From the NCBI GenBank assembly GCA_036172245.1, contig JAYWIR010000009.1, forward strand, positions 4,960,001-5,024,000: a DNA stretch of 64,000 nucleotides, given 5' to 3'. Within the stretch, counting starts at the first letter, position 1; each line of letters starts with the position of its first letter. Positions 37,678-50,299 of this stretch are shown piece after piece. The DNA comes from Raillietiella orientalis (Eukaryota). Position numbers and translations under genes: made by a program. Under the pieces are notes generated by a model that saw only the letters and a program-made list of their open reading frames with translations, was not told where the DNA came from and did no database searches.

Positions 37678-38099
37678 AAGCTGGGTTATGTGGTGTCGGT
37701 CTTCTGTACTCGTTCCGTTTGGCCAATCCCAAAGCGACACGGAAGGTGGAGGGAGGTCGCAGAAGCGCCGCGGGGTCCACGCCGGCTGCTTCGAGCTGCA
37801 AGCCGACGGCCGCACCGCGCTCGCTTCCTTTTCTCTCTCGGCCCGCATCGCAAAGAACGAGTTGAGGAAGAGCGGGGGCGAAGGATCATCTGACTGGCAG
37901 AAGGGCGTCCTCGACTACGTCACGGGCGCTTTCGACCGCCAGGGCTCTCCTCCCATCTCGCGCATTGGCACGCAGGATGACGCGCGAGTCTCAAAGCGTC
38001 GACACAGAGCAGCCGTCCCAACGCCGACCACCTCACAGGGGTGTCATCCGGGACGAGTCCCTCGGAGGTGATTCTGCTGCTGTCCCGCGGCACGCGCAC

Positions 38100-39500
38100 G
38101 CGCGGTCACCACCATTCGGCGAACCGGAGCTTCCCTACGGAGCAATCTCCAAGAGATGGCGGTGCAAGCTGAAGGCGTTTCTCTTGTCCGCACGGAGGAC
38201 GCTGTCACGTGAGCTGCAGAGCCGAGTGACCGGAAGCGACCGACCCGGCAGTCGGCTACCCTGCGGCTCGCTTTCCACCCACGGCTTGGCGCGCGATTCG
38301 GTGGGGAAGTTCGGAGGGAGGATCCTCCTTCGGGATGACATTGTGCTCAACAGAAGGGAGGGGGAAGGCAGTTGGGAAGCCCAGCCGAAGAAGTCCCGTG
38401 CTTGCCTGCCGCCGCGGCTCCACGACGGTGGCGGGCTGCAGGAGGTTCGTGGGAGCTTTTCCTACCGGAAGAATCCGAGCGGCGGTTTCCGGCAACGCGA
38501 GCCCCGCATTGTGGGGTTCGAGAGACCGGAGAATGAGACAGCGTACCCCTCGGAAGACGACCACCGCGTCGTGGCGCGAGGATGGCCAGGGAGCCTCGCC
38601 CCGGAGACGATCATGGCGTTTCTTGCGAGTTTTGCTGCTGGCATCCGTCTGCATCTCGAGGTACTTTCCGCTTCCGGCCTTGCGCCGCCCTCTGGCGCTC
38701 CGTTTCTTGAAAAGACTTTCAGGCACGCTGCCAAGACGGGCGCTTCACTTGCGCCTCATGGAGTTGGACGCGCCGACGGGCACCTTTCTGCTGCGCCACG
38801 TGCGCAATGCCGGGCTTCAGGGACCGCACAGCTCCCGAACTTTCGCGAGGCGACAAACGCGGTGCGGTAAGACGCCCGGACCGCCGCGGAAGATGCAGCG
38901 GACGAACGGTGCCTTCCTGCTGCGGTCGCAGGCGGCGTGTGACCCTGGGAGCCGACGCGTGGTGAAGACGCCACAAAGGGGCTGCCCTGGGCAGCGCGGT
39001 CCGCTTGCTGATCGACAGAGCTGCGAAGCGCATCAGCAGCAACAGGTGAAGGATCTTCTCCCACTCTTTCGAAGCCTTACTCCACCAAGCAGCAGGAAGA
39101 CCTGCTCTTTGGCAGATGCGTCCGGAAACGCAGAAGTGGCAGCCGAGAGGAGCGCCAGAGTCCTTCGCGGTTCCGTCGCTGCCGGAAGAGGACGCGGAGG
39201 GTGTGAGCGCGTCCTGTAAGAGGAACTTCGGACAGTGTCATTTCTGCGCGGACGGGTGCAGTTCCGCGAGGCATCAGAAGAGGATGCACCTCTCTAGCTT
39301 CGAGCGATACCAAAGCCCAAGCGGTCAGGTCTTGGGGCGCCTGCTGAAGAGACTGCGCCACGGGCTGGTAACGTGGGAAACCGAATCTCAAAATCACCGG
39401 AAGCTGGAATTCAAAATTCGTCCGCTGGAATGGTCCCCTTGGCTGTTGACAAGTCATCGGAAAGCAATCTTCCTGGAAGATAAGCCCTGATTACCTGAAC
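38100..39500 (+). mobile_element. Decayed LINE RT remnant
   Basis: Faint colinear motifs GTLPRR, SQAACDPG, QQVKDLLPLF and HFCADG..LSSFERYQSPSG. Confidence 0.35.
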
Positions 39501-39699
39501 GAGGTAAGGTCAACGGGAAAGTACAACGGAGTCCTCGTGCCGCGCACGGGATACATTCTGCGTTATACGAGCCTCCATACGATCGCATGGATTGTACATA
39601 AGAGTGCATCTTAAAATGTATCACCAGCAGGATCATGGGCGTCTAATTACTGCTCAGATTAGAGTTTAAAAAAAAAAAAAAAAGTCTTGCCGATTTTCA

Positions 39700-42600
39700 G
39701 CAAATTGCAACGGTTGCGCACCCGTCCGCCTTGTCGGCACCCCCCTGCTCCAACCACAGTGTGAGCCAAGTTCAGCCTGCTTCGGCCACGTGCTCGTCCT
39801 TTCCTGAGCACATCCGAAACGACGACGCTCGACCGCGAAGCTGCAACTCATCCACAGCGTCGCGTGGGTCCGACCGCGCTCTGCGCGAGGGATTTCCTCG
39901 CCGCGCGCGCCATGCGGATCCGCCGCGCGTAGGCGGTCGTCACGTGGGTATCGCCCCCGTCGTCTCCGGAGAGAGCAGCCCCGAAAGATGCTTACTTTGA
40001 GATAATATGGGAAAATCGTCATCTCCTCTGTCCTTTGCTCTTTTCCTTCGGAGCCGTCTGAAGCTGTCCTGCAGGCAGTCCATGCAGATCGGGTTGTGAT
40101 CACTTCAGAATCTGCAACATGAAGAGGCGTTAGTCATTGGGACGCGACCTCGGAAAAGGAAAAAGCCACACGAGCCAGTATCCGCTCCTCCCCAAGGTGT
40201 GCGTCCTGAAGGGAGAAACGGGCGGCAGCGTTTCCACATCGTGCTTCTCTGCCGAGAGCGAGGAAGAAGACCAAGTTGCCTCTGCGTCGTGCAGCACTTC
40301 CAGGCTGCTGGAGTATACCTGATCCACGTGGATGATCCTTTAGCAAACTGGGACTTTTCCCGTTGCGGGCCGCTCGTGGACTGACGTGAGTTGTCCTCTC
40401 TTTCTCCGTCAACCGGAGCGAATTGCAAGCGAGCGGGAAAGGCGATTTCGCGTGTCCAAGGCAACGCCCTTCTCTCAAGGAAGATCGCCGTTCCATGAGG
40501 AAGCGGTGGATGAGCGCCGAGCTTATAGCGGACTTCTTCCTCCTTCATCCAAGACCCGAGGCGGCCGCCGACGCTGCCTACTTCTGCTCGGGCTGGAACG
40601 GAGGTCTTCGCTGTTCGAGGAAGAATTTTGCGATGGGCGGTCTTCAGCCTGGAGCAGTCCGGGATGCCCCGTTTCGTTCAGAGCGTTGGGAGCAATTTTA
40701 CTGGAGGCGGGAAGAACAGAGAAGGAAACGAAAAAGCGTCCGTGCTGAAGAGTACTCCAAGAAAATGTGGCGGCGTGCTGCTGTGTGGAACAGAATTTTC
40801 TTCCGGTCAAAGGAAAGTCAATCGGACCAATCGACGACGCCTTCTGTTCGAAACGGTTTTTTTTTGTTTCCGCCTTCCCCATCTTCTCCTAAACTATAAT
40901 CCCTTACGCTTGGGGCACCCCTACCTCTCCTTAGAAACCACGGAAACACATGAGGAAACGATCATGACCGGGAATTCAGTGCTTATTTCATAAAACTGGC
41001 GCATTAGCCCTCGTCTCGGAGGGAAGGGAGGGGGAGGAGAGGGGAGGGGAATAAATCAAAAATGAATTTAAAATATGCGCCAAAGCAGAACATAAATAAC
41101 CGCCACACTTTGATCGCCGGCAAAAAAGTCTCGAATCAAAAGGGAATAAATTTCGTGGACCTACTCGTTTCGGCGAATGGCTCGAGCGCCTCCGGGAAAT
41201 CGACGCGTCCTCACATATGCATTAACGTCTCTCTTGGCAAACGCTCCTGGTAATTAATTTCAACACGGAAAGCATTCCATGCTCAATCGATGCTAACGGT
41301 GACGGCGCTCGTCTGGTCCTCGGCTTGCACGGAGCGGAATTTTGAGAGCGCTACCATCTCGGTCGTCGTCGAGACCGCGGGGACCCAGTCGGCAGGCGCT
41401 CCCACGGCTTCGAGCCCGGTATCCGGGGATACCTTCACGGCGTCGGACGCGGCCACGGGACAACAGTGGCGACGACGACGCGCTCTTTCCGGTCGTCATG
41501 CCGACAGGCGGACTGACGGGTTTCGGGAGGAGCCTTCCGACGTTTCGGGAGTCGAACGCAACGCTCTTCCCCGTGGCGACCTCGGAAGCACCCAGAAGCG
41601 CTTCGGGCGGGGCTGCGCCGTTCGCGTGCAGAAAGGCGAAAGACATTCGCGCGCCGCATCCATGTGGGACGAGGGAAGATGCGGGAATCCACCGATGAGG
41701 TCACACTGGACTGGACCAACGGGCACGCTTGGTAGGGACGCAACCGCTGCAACGACGTCCGCAGACGGAGGACGCGGTGCATGCGCAGGCGGTGCCTCTT
41801 TGGCCGCTCGGGAAAACGGCGATCGGGAAGGAGGACACGCTTTCCACGCCGGGACCAGTTTTGCGGGTCAACCCCAGACTGTGGCGGGAACAGCTGGTTC
41901 CGGGGAGGCACCCCAAGGAGAAGCCGGAATGTTCGCTTTGAGACCGCGAGGAGGTGAAGGTGACAATTCTGCTCTGGGACAAGCATTCGGTGGCCCTTTC
42001 CTCTCACCCGTTCGGGCTGTCGCTCGTCTCCTAGCTGCTGATCCTCTTGAGTCATCCCCTTCCCCTTCCTTCTCCCGGTTGTCCTCGAGAATTCTCGTCC
42101 GAGTTACATTTCCTCCGCGTTCGCTTCCGCTCGGGTTCCTGTAGGTGCGGGCGGCTGTGAGGTGCGCCCCTGGGTGTAGAGGCAGGGAGCAGCCTATCGC
42201 GCCCTCTCCCGCTGCGCGGCGAGACCCATCTGCCGAAGGTGGCGGAAGGCTGGTGTCTTGCTCCAGCGATCTGCAGCGGGATGGTCGATGCATCTGCTGC
42301 TGCAGCATGCGAGTCCAAATCTTTCAGCCCATCCTGCATCATGGTGAGAAAGCAAGGGAAAGGCTTATCCAGGGCGACCTTCCGCCGCCCTCTGCAAAGT
42401 CTTTCCGAGATGAAAGCCGAGAGACTTTCCAACGCCTCATGAATTCGTTAACCTGCTCGCTCGCCATTCCTTCCGAAAAACACGTGCGTCGCGCGCGCGT
42501 GGCGGCATGGCAGTTTGCTATCGCGCGCGAGTTTCGCTCGTTTACCTGGAAATTCTCTTCATGTCGCTCATGTTGGCGGCGGCACGGCGATCCACACTGC

Positions 42601-43110
42601 GCGCGCTACGTCGTTGGTTTGCCGATGTCCCTCCCACGAATGAAGCGGCGGCGCAGCTCCCGCTGCAACCTAGCTCTCGCCCTTGCCGCCTCCTCGGGCG
42701 CGCGTGGAGACGGCGGAGTCTTCGCAGGTCAAGCTGCCTGCGCCGGTGGATTTCCGTGCTTCGCCGGGGAGACGTCCGAGGAGACTGCTCGGGGATCCCA
42801 GGACCGCCCCCGGAATGTTCTGGGACCGGCGGCGCGCAGGGCACCACCACCACGGCAGCCCGTGGTGGTGGTGCTTCCGGCCGAGGAGGCGGACCGCCCC
42901 CTTCGGTCTGACGGTGGTCAGTTAGGTGGGGCACGGGAGCGCTCTGTGCGCTCGTGCTCTTCCCGGGATGAGCGCTCGAGGTGGCTGCGACCATCCTACT
43001 GTGGCGCCGAAATGGGGGTCTGCTTCTATTCGGGAAACTGTAGAAGGGGATCCTCCATTTCCTTCTACAGACCCAAGAAGTCCTACGGGCGTGGTTACTG
43101 CCACTGCTGA
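39700..43110 (-). mobile_element. One or more decayed LINE ORF2 remnants
   Basis: LLGSVEGNGGSPSTVSRI...LIPGRARAHRALPCP (~43000), GRRKVALDKP...DGLKDLD (~42350), AAWKCCTTQRQLGLL (~40290) and WSRGVPTR (~39740). Confidence 0.3.
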
Positions 43111-44979
43111 GACTCCTCGCTAGACGCACAGATCCGTTTTGCTTTCCCGGGCTGCTGCGCACCTGCTCGCCCAGCACCCACGCACGCGTCTCATGCACCG
43201 CTCGGGGTGCGGTGACGAAGGATGCCTTCGGCGCTTCCGGCAGTAGGAGAGCCCTTACGACCTGACGCAGTGGCTCTTAGTCAGCTTTCCTGGAACGCGA
43301 ATGTGCAGGCGCTCCCGGAGATGGGTAGGTGTCGGAATTCCCTAGCTCTACGTCGGGTTGTTGCTGAGTTTCCTCCGGAACGCTGAGGCGGGAGTTCGGG
43401 CAGGGAAGGAGCACCTGAGGAACGCGGCTGCCCGAATGGCTTTAGGAGGATGCCGGGGTGGATTGTCATCCAGATGATGTCCCTGCTCATTCAATGTTTC
43501 ACATTGAATGAGCTCCTGTTCGCAGGGACACCGAGCAGAGCGACGGCTCTGCCCCTCCCCCTTCCTCATCGACGCCTCCTTCGCGTTGGAGTGGAAGGCG
43601 CACGACCTATTCGCCGCCGCCGGCCTACCTGCCTGGCGGCTGTCTGAAGACGCCGGCCGCTGCTGCCTGCTTGGATCGACGCGCTTCTTCTGCTGCCCTC
43701 GCGTCCACCGTGATGGCCAGGCTCCGGGACTCCTTCGATACGACTCGTGGGCTAGCGGGCATGGATGGAGCAGCGGGAGGAAGACGACAGTCCCACCAGT
43801 CGACCCGGCGACATTAGAGAGGTAGTCCGACCGGACCCTCACGGGGTCATCGCGGGCAGCCGCTTGCCGCACCTTGGCGCTTCGTACCGAGCGACTCCGG
43901 CGCTGCCATGGCACCGCCAGGCTAACCGCAAAGGACCGAAAGGTCGTTTGCGGCCCAGGGGCGTCCCTTTGCCTTAAAAAAAAAATCTGTAAGAAACGAA
44001 GAACCTCACTTGCGAATAGCGAAATGAAAAGAAGGCAAAAGAAGTTCATTCGGGAGGAGAACTCGCCAAGTCGCAGATCAGTTGCGGAAACTGCTCGGGA
44101 GCATCGCTAGGGAAGAAAGGACGCGGAGGTTCAATAAACAGCGGAGGGGTGGGGGTATGGTGAGGTAGGGAGAAAACCTGGGACTTTTCCTGCTCCTTCT
44201 CCGAGGTGGCCGCAAAGTGGTGGGAGATCCCTGCTGGCTTCCATTTTCTGATGACGCCACCTGTGTGCCTTCCTCATCGAGGAGACCGCGATGCGGGGGG
44301 TGGGAGGCTTCCCGCTGCTGCTGCTTGAGCGAGTGGCTCGCCTTCATGATGTCGAGGGTACAACACAAAGTCGCAGTCCCTACGGCGGATGAGGAACCCC
44401 TATACCATCTCGATAAGAACCGACTCGACCTTCCGGTCGTTAGGTCCTCAGGGTGCAGGGGGACTGAGGCCAGCCTCTCCCGCAACCGACGGGTGGCGGT
44501 CGCAGGCCATCGACCTGGCACACTGGAGACACGCTGCCTCTCGTCACGTGGTGCATGCACTCGCTGCAAGGGAGGCCCCAGCACATCAGAAAAGGGAGGA
44601 GCACTCCGTATTGTCATCGCCTGGGCTGCCACCCGGCCACGCCGGGGTGTTTATTCACAACTGACAAGAAACTTTCAATTCGTGGTAGGGTGCACGCGGT
44701 TCCACCACGCTCCATTCGGCTGATCCACGGCTCGAGCGAGGCGGAGTACGCCTGTCTCCGGAAAGGAAGACGCGCTCGAAAGCCGCTGCAGGACGTCATA
44801 TGCCACCCACTCAAGATGCTGTGGGCATCGTCCACCCCCCGTTTTCCCAGTGCTTCCCTCTTCAAGGAATGCAAGGGATGGTGCAGTCCCGGCAAGGTGG
44901 GAAGCGACTTGCTGCAAAGCAGAAAAGAAGAAACTTCTGGGGCGTGGACGACTCGGGAAGTTACGGACTCCGCGACTGC

Positions 44980-46000
44980 GACCGTCCCATCTTAAGGACT
45001 TGTACGCTGAGGAGAGCTGCTGGGCATCCTTGCCGAGGGAGTGCAGTGGTCCCCAGTGTGCTGGAGTAGCGGCACCCTCCCCCTCAAGTGGCAGGAGTTG
45101 GCTTTGCTGGTGGAGCATGGGGGAATCCCGTGCCAAGCGTGTCTTCACCACTTCACGGGGGAACGTGGACTGTTAGAGCGCGGCAGATGAGGCAAGAAGG
45201 AGACCATCCCGCAAATGCTGTTGGACTGTGCTGCCCACTTCTCGACCTTTTGGCTAAGATTGAAGTGCCCTCCGGCCCCTTTGGGATCGCCTCGTGGCCC
45301 CCGGTGCTAAGGAATATGCGGTCCCTCCCCCTGAAGTGGCAGGAGTCGGCGTTCCTGGTGTTGCACTGGGGACTCCCCAGCAACTCCCGCCGTTCGCACT
45401 GGACGAGGGGGGCTGTGGACGCGAATTGTGTCAGGTGCGGGGAACGAGAATCCCTCCCGCACCTGCTTCTTGACTGTGTTGCCCTCCGGCCCCTGTGGTT
45501 GCGTTTCGCAACGGCCCTAGGAGCACCCGCGAACAACCCCAGAGACGTGTTGAAGCGCCTCTTTGTGCGCGACGCCCTTTCGCCTGCCGCAGCCCTTGCA
45601 GCATTCTGCTGCATACGAGGGATTGTGGCGGCTTGGAGTACCGTCACTGGTGGACCGCACGATAGGGGCATCATCTGCTCCGCCCTGAGATTCCTGAGGG
45701 GATGGTCCCATCAGGGACGTATGCGGACTGAACTTGCCGGCATCCTGGAAAGGATGTAGAGGACGACCCCAGAGGAACGTGATCCCTTCCCCAACTCCTC
45801 CCTGCTTTTGTAAATAGTGTTTTCTTTTTTTGTTTTTATTTGTTCTTTCCCCCTCTGCTGCCGAGTCGAACTCGCCGGCCTGCGCGCTGGCAACTCGGGA
45901 AGTTCAGAGTTTTTATCGAACGCTGTAAGGGCAATGGTCCTACACATGCTTGTTTGTTTTTTTACAAAAATAAATGCCCCGGCGCACCCGGGTGTGAAAG
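44980..46000 (+). mobile_element. Family B element, 3' portion with internal deletions
   Basis: LKDLYA, WPPVLRNMRSLPLKWQESAFLVLHWGLP, CVRCGERESLPHLLLDC and ELAGILERM*; hairpin with CTGCGC loop at 45874-45891; AATAAA at 45969. Confidence 0.85.
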
Positions 46001-46139
46001 CATCCTGAACAGGCTGCAGAGGACGTATATCGACGAATCGGCGGCTGCGGTCTCTCTCTCTCTGGCTATGCGTGGTAAGTCAAGTGTCTCACCACAAAGA
46101 CCACCCCATTGTACTTTTCTCATTTCCTAATCAGAAATG

Positions 46140-46620
46140 CCTCGGTACAACCGGGTGGGAAACCGCGCTCCCTTCGACTATGGATCTGGACCTGCCGGGT
46201 CGCGGGTCCGCCGACCGACGAGGCTCACCTCGGCGGCAGTAGAAAGGGAAGAAAAACAAAAAGGGAAAACAAAATAGAAGAATACATTAAAATAAATAAC
46301 GAAAGACCATGGAGGGCCGAGAAGGGATCACTGGACGCTGGAGGAAGTCTTTCGCATCCTTTCCAGGATGTCGTCAGGTTCCATGTGCATGACGCCCAGG
46401 TGGGATTATCTGGCTGCTGTCCGCAGAAGGTCAAGTGCAAGCAGGGTGGCCATCTTTCAGCATCGCTACAGGACGCCACAATTCCGCGGGTGTAGCAGAG
46501 AGCCGCTGAGGCTGCGGCTGGCGGTAGAATCTCGCACGAAGGGGTGTTTGAAAACGTCTCTGGGGTTGCCAGCCAGGGTCCGGAAGGTCCCACCCACAGG
46601 GGCAAGAAGGCAACACACAT
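46140..46620 (-). mobile_element. Family B 3' fragment
   Basis: AAAASAALCYTRGIVAS, ORF2 end matching (A)GILERM, T-rich UTR and a hairpin variant at 46192-46238. Confidence 0.7.
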
Positions 46621-47489
46621 TGGAAGCCTCGGAGGGGGAGCAAGGAACCGTTAAGGCGTAAAGAAAGAACGCTTACTTCTTCCAGGAGAACGTTCCTATG
46701 CCCGTCGTCCGGAAGCAGATCCCGACCGGCTCTTCGACCTGGGAGTTCCTCCGCTCCTTGGATGCAGTGTCTCACCGGTAGGCCAATGCCGTCGCCTTGC
46801 CACAAGGAAGAAAACTCTGTGGCTAGAGGTGTGGCAATGCACGTGCCCGCTCAATCGGCTCTTCCACCGCCCTTTGTGGAGACCCCCTGCCTCCGGGCCG
46901 CGGAAACGAGGCGCCACGCGTGAGTTTCGACCCGACAGAATCCCCGCAGCCGGAGAGGGTGAGAAGTGTGACCTGCGCGACTTTGGGCATTCCTTGGTGC
47001 ACTCTCACTTCGTCAGAGCATGAGGGAGAGGGAAAAAGGGGCAGGAACAAGACTCGCAGAAAGAAAGCCTCTGGAAGGCATCGCTGCCATGGAAAGGTTG
47101 GTGCCCCACCCTCCCTTTCCGAGATCCAAGACAGCCGCGACCGCACATCCCAACCAATCCGATATCTGCCCACCCCACAGGTACTAGTTGCATTTCCCTT
47201 CGCGTCTTTTGATGCATCCCAGAAGCAGCTTCCGAAGACAATTCGTCCTTCTCCCTCACACTCATTAGCTGGAGAAATCAGGGAGCGCGACCTGCAAGCT
47301 ATTGATAAGCGCTCGCCGCCTGGGACCATCCCTCACAGGAAAGAGGATTTTCACCTGGATCCACCCTGGAATCCATGATAAAAATATAAGGAAAATATAA
47401 ACCTTTTAGTGGCAGCATGCTTGGTTCTACCACGTTTGAATGTTGTCTACCACTTGCCACTGGGGTCCGATGTGGAGAAACACGGGGGT

Positions 47490-47800
47490 TGCCACCCGGT
47501 CACTCCGGGCGTTTATTATAAATTTTCTATACACTAGTGGTACGAGGCTCTACTACGGCCAACACAACAGGACCTGCTGGGTCGCCGGTACGCAGACCAA
47601 CCTGACTCCTCGGCAGCGGAAGAGGATGGGGGGAAAAACAAAAAGAAAAACAAAACAGAAAGAAAAAAAACATAGACTTTGGTGGGCCGGGAAGGGATCA
47701 ATGAACGCTGGGAGGAGGGTCCATCCTTTGCAGGATGCCGTCGAGGTCCATCCGGATTCTGCCCAGGTGGGACCATCTCACCACAATCCGCAGGTAGCGG
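47490..47800 (-). mobile_element. Family B 3' fragment
   Basis: DGILQRM, T-rich UTR, CTGCGT hairpin (loop 47590-47595), then AATAAACGCCCGGAGTGACCGGG. Confidence 0.8.
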
Positions 47801-50299
47801 ACTGAGTTCAACGGCATTCCTTTCGCCTTCTGGCTTCACTCGAGTCAGTCACAATCCCGAGACACATGGGAGTGGATGGGGGGAAAGGAAAACAAAAACA
47901 AACAAAATAGGTTATTCCTTTGTTTGGGGTGGAGGGTGTAGGGAGGGGATCCCTGTGAGTCTCTCAACCTCCCGCTCATATTCTGGAGGATGCTGGCAAG
48001 AAGTTGTGGCTTGTCGCTTGCCAGACGATGACATCTCGCGGCGGTCCTCAGAAAGAGTTTCTATCCGTTGCAAGGCAGCTCTGTGGGGCTCGCCTCTTCT
48101 CGTGGCGTCCCATGCCGCTGCCACACACTGGGATCGCTGCTGGGGGCAAGAGGGCAATACCGTCTTTTAAGGAGAAGCTGTTGGAGGACCTCCCTCTCCC
48201 CACGTTCACCCTCCCCCGGGTCCAGAGGTGGAGGCGCGCTCCACATCGGAAGATTCCTCGATGCCGCAGCAGCAGAGTCAATTCCTGCTAGAAGAGAAGG
48301 AGGGAGCAGTCGTTCTACATGCAAATCCACCGGCTCACCGTCACCACCACCAGTTAACTTTTCCCCTCAAAGTTCCCACCAACTCCATCCTTTTCTTCAC
48401 TAAACCTCTTTCCTCATTCCAGTCCTTCGTTTCCCTCTTTCCACCTTCTGAGACCTTCCTCAGTTCCCTCGTCCCTTTCTTACCCTTCTCCGCTTATCTG
48501 GTTAATCCTTTCCACCTACGTCCATGTTCCCACTCTCCGCCGCCTCCCTGTTTTGAAGTTTCTCTACCTTTTCCTTATTCCTCTCTTTTCTTTCCATTTT
48601 CATGCCTTCCTCCCTTCTTCCGGCCCGATACACAGAGAAACACAGAGATCCCTTCAGATTTTGCTTCATTTTCCTGGAACGGACCCATTCCTTCCAGAGG
48701 GGGGATTTTCTAAATCACCCTACCCGGACATCCGTACAGGTGGACTGTGGTGGTAGAAGGAGAAAAAGGAGAAACGGCAGGGAAGGAAGCTTAAAAAAGG
48801 GGGAAGGGAGCAGAAGACAAGTCAGAGGTGGAAAAATGGAAGCGAAGAAGGAAGTGGAAGAAGGAATGGAAGATGTGGAATGGAAGAGAGGAAGGAAGAA
48901 CTTGTAGTAAGGGTGCGTCCGGTGAAGATAGACTAAGACAACCAGAAAGAGGAAAAGAATGAAGGAAGCAAGGAGAAGAAAGGCAGGATATGGTATGAGA
49001 AAACGGAAAATATTCAAGGTGAGGGGAAGAAGATGAGCAGAAAGAGGAACTGACAAACGAAAAGGTGGAGGAAAACTCTGACAGAAAGTGGTGCCGGAAG
49101 GCATGGAGGGTGCGAAAAACAGTTGAGAAGGGAGCACGCGCAGGATGGTGAGAGAAGACGTAAAAGAAGAAACGGACGGGAAGGCGTGCTACGTAGTTCT
49201 ACCCGTCTTGACCCTCGGCGGGCGTTCTCACGGTTCGTAGGGTCCCCTGCGCACCTATGTTCCGAGCACCAGCTGCCAGATCGAGGCTCCCTCGGCAACA
49301 GTGCCTGCTGAGGATAAAAAGCCACCTTAAAGACGCGAGAGAAGGTCTCAAAGAGGGAATCTGGAGGAGGACGAAATAGAGCGAGCGAAGGGATGGATGA
49401 GGAGGGAACAGCGCGCGCTCAAAACACTGCTTGCCGGCCTCCCAAGGATGGCAACTTTGGTGGTCCATCTTCACGTCCAGCACGACGCCGGCCACGTCCC
49501 TGAGAAAGGCTACGGGCTCGAGTCAGATGAACGAGCGGCACTGTCGCTCAGCGGCAGATGGCCATCAATTGCAGCAACAGCGGGTGTTCGCTGACGGCGG
49601 TGCAGGGCAGCGAAGTAGCGTGCCGACCGCACCATAGCTCGGTGCAGCACGCGCACCTCTGCTCACGGCGCGTCTCGCGAAGAGAAGCTGCGGGTGTTCC
49701 GCGCTGCTGCGACCACTTGTCTTCGATTCGCTCTGCATCACCCCATTGCTGCGAGATCACTGCGAACCTAAAGCAAGCGTTTCACGACCACCGCGTCTTT
49801 CCTCTGCTTCCAGGATCGCTGCCACGTACCTGCCGTCGTTCGAGCTGCACGCTGTCCGGCTCCTGGAACGTCGTGTGGGCTGCTTCCTCCGCCCCCTGTC
49901 GAGAACTTCCTTTGTTGAAAGTTACCTCTTCGTTACCAAAAACAAGTGGATGTTTTCCATCATTCTATCCATTTCGCGCCACGAATGTTCGGGCGTAGCA
50001 CCACGGATTCAAGAAAATTCCGTCCTCCGGCGAAAAATTTTGCCACCGAGTGAAATCAGATATAATGCAACGTTTCTATGGTTTTTCTTGACGTCGGAAG
50101 CAAGCGAGAGCAAAGAGAAGTGACTCTCTGGTTTCATCCCGGATCCCGCAATGGTGAATCCACAGGTACGGCTGTCTCGAGCCCCGCTCGCAGTGACGAA
50201 GAAAAGTTAAAGTACGGGCAACGAAGCAACGCCATTTTATGTGGTGGGCAGCGCTGACGGCCACCCTGCGTTTCCGCTGAAGATCGGAAACGCAGGGTG

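Noticed and set aside
28400..44000. Many long overlapping ORFs (e.g. 32030-33166, 34637-35773, 41290-42144, 42145-43110)
   Set aside because: Arg/Pro/Gly/Ala-rich translations expected from GC-rich DNA, with no recognisable domains apart from the PH gene and LINE remnants.
48360..49190. Pyrimidine-rich then purine-rich tracts suggesting a fold-back element
   Set aside because: Low complexity; I found no convincing extended complementarity.
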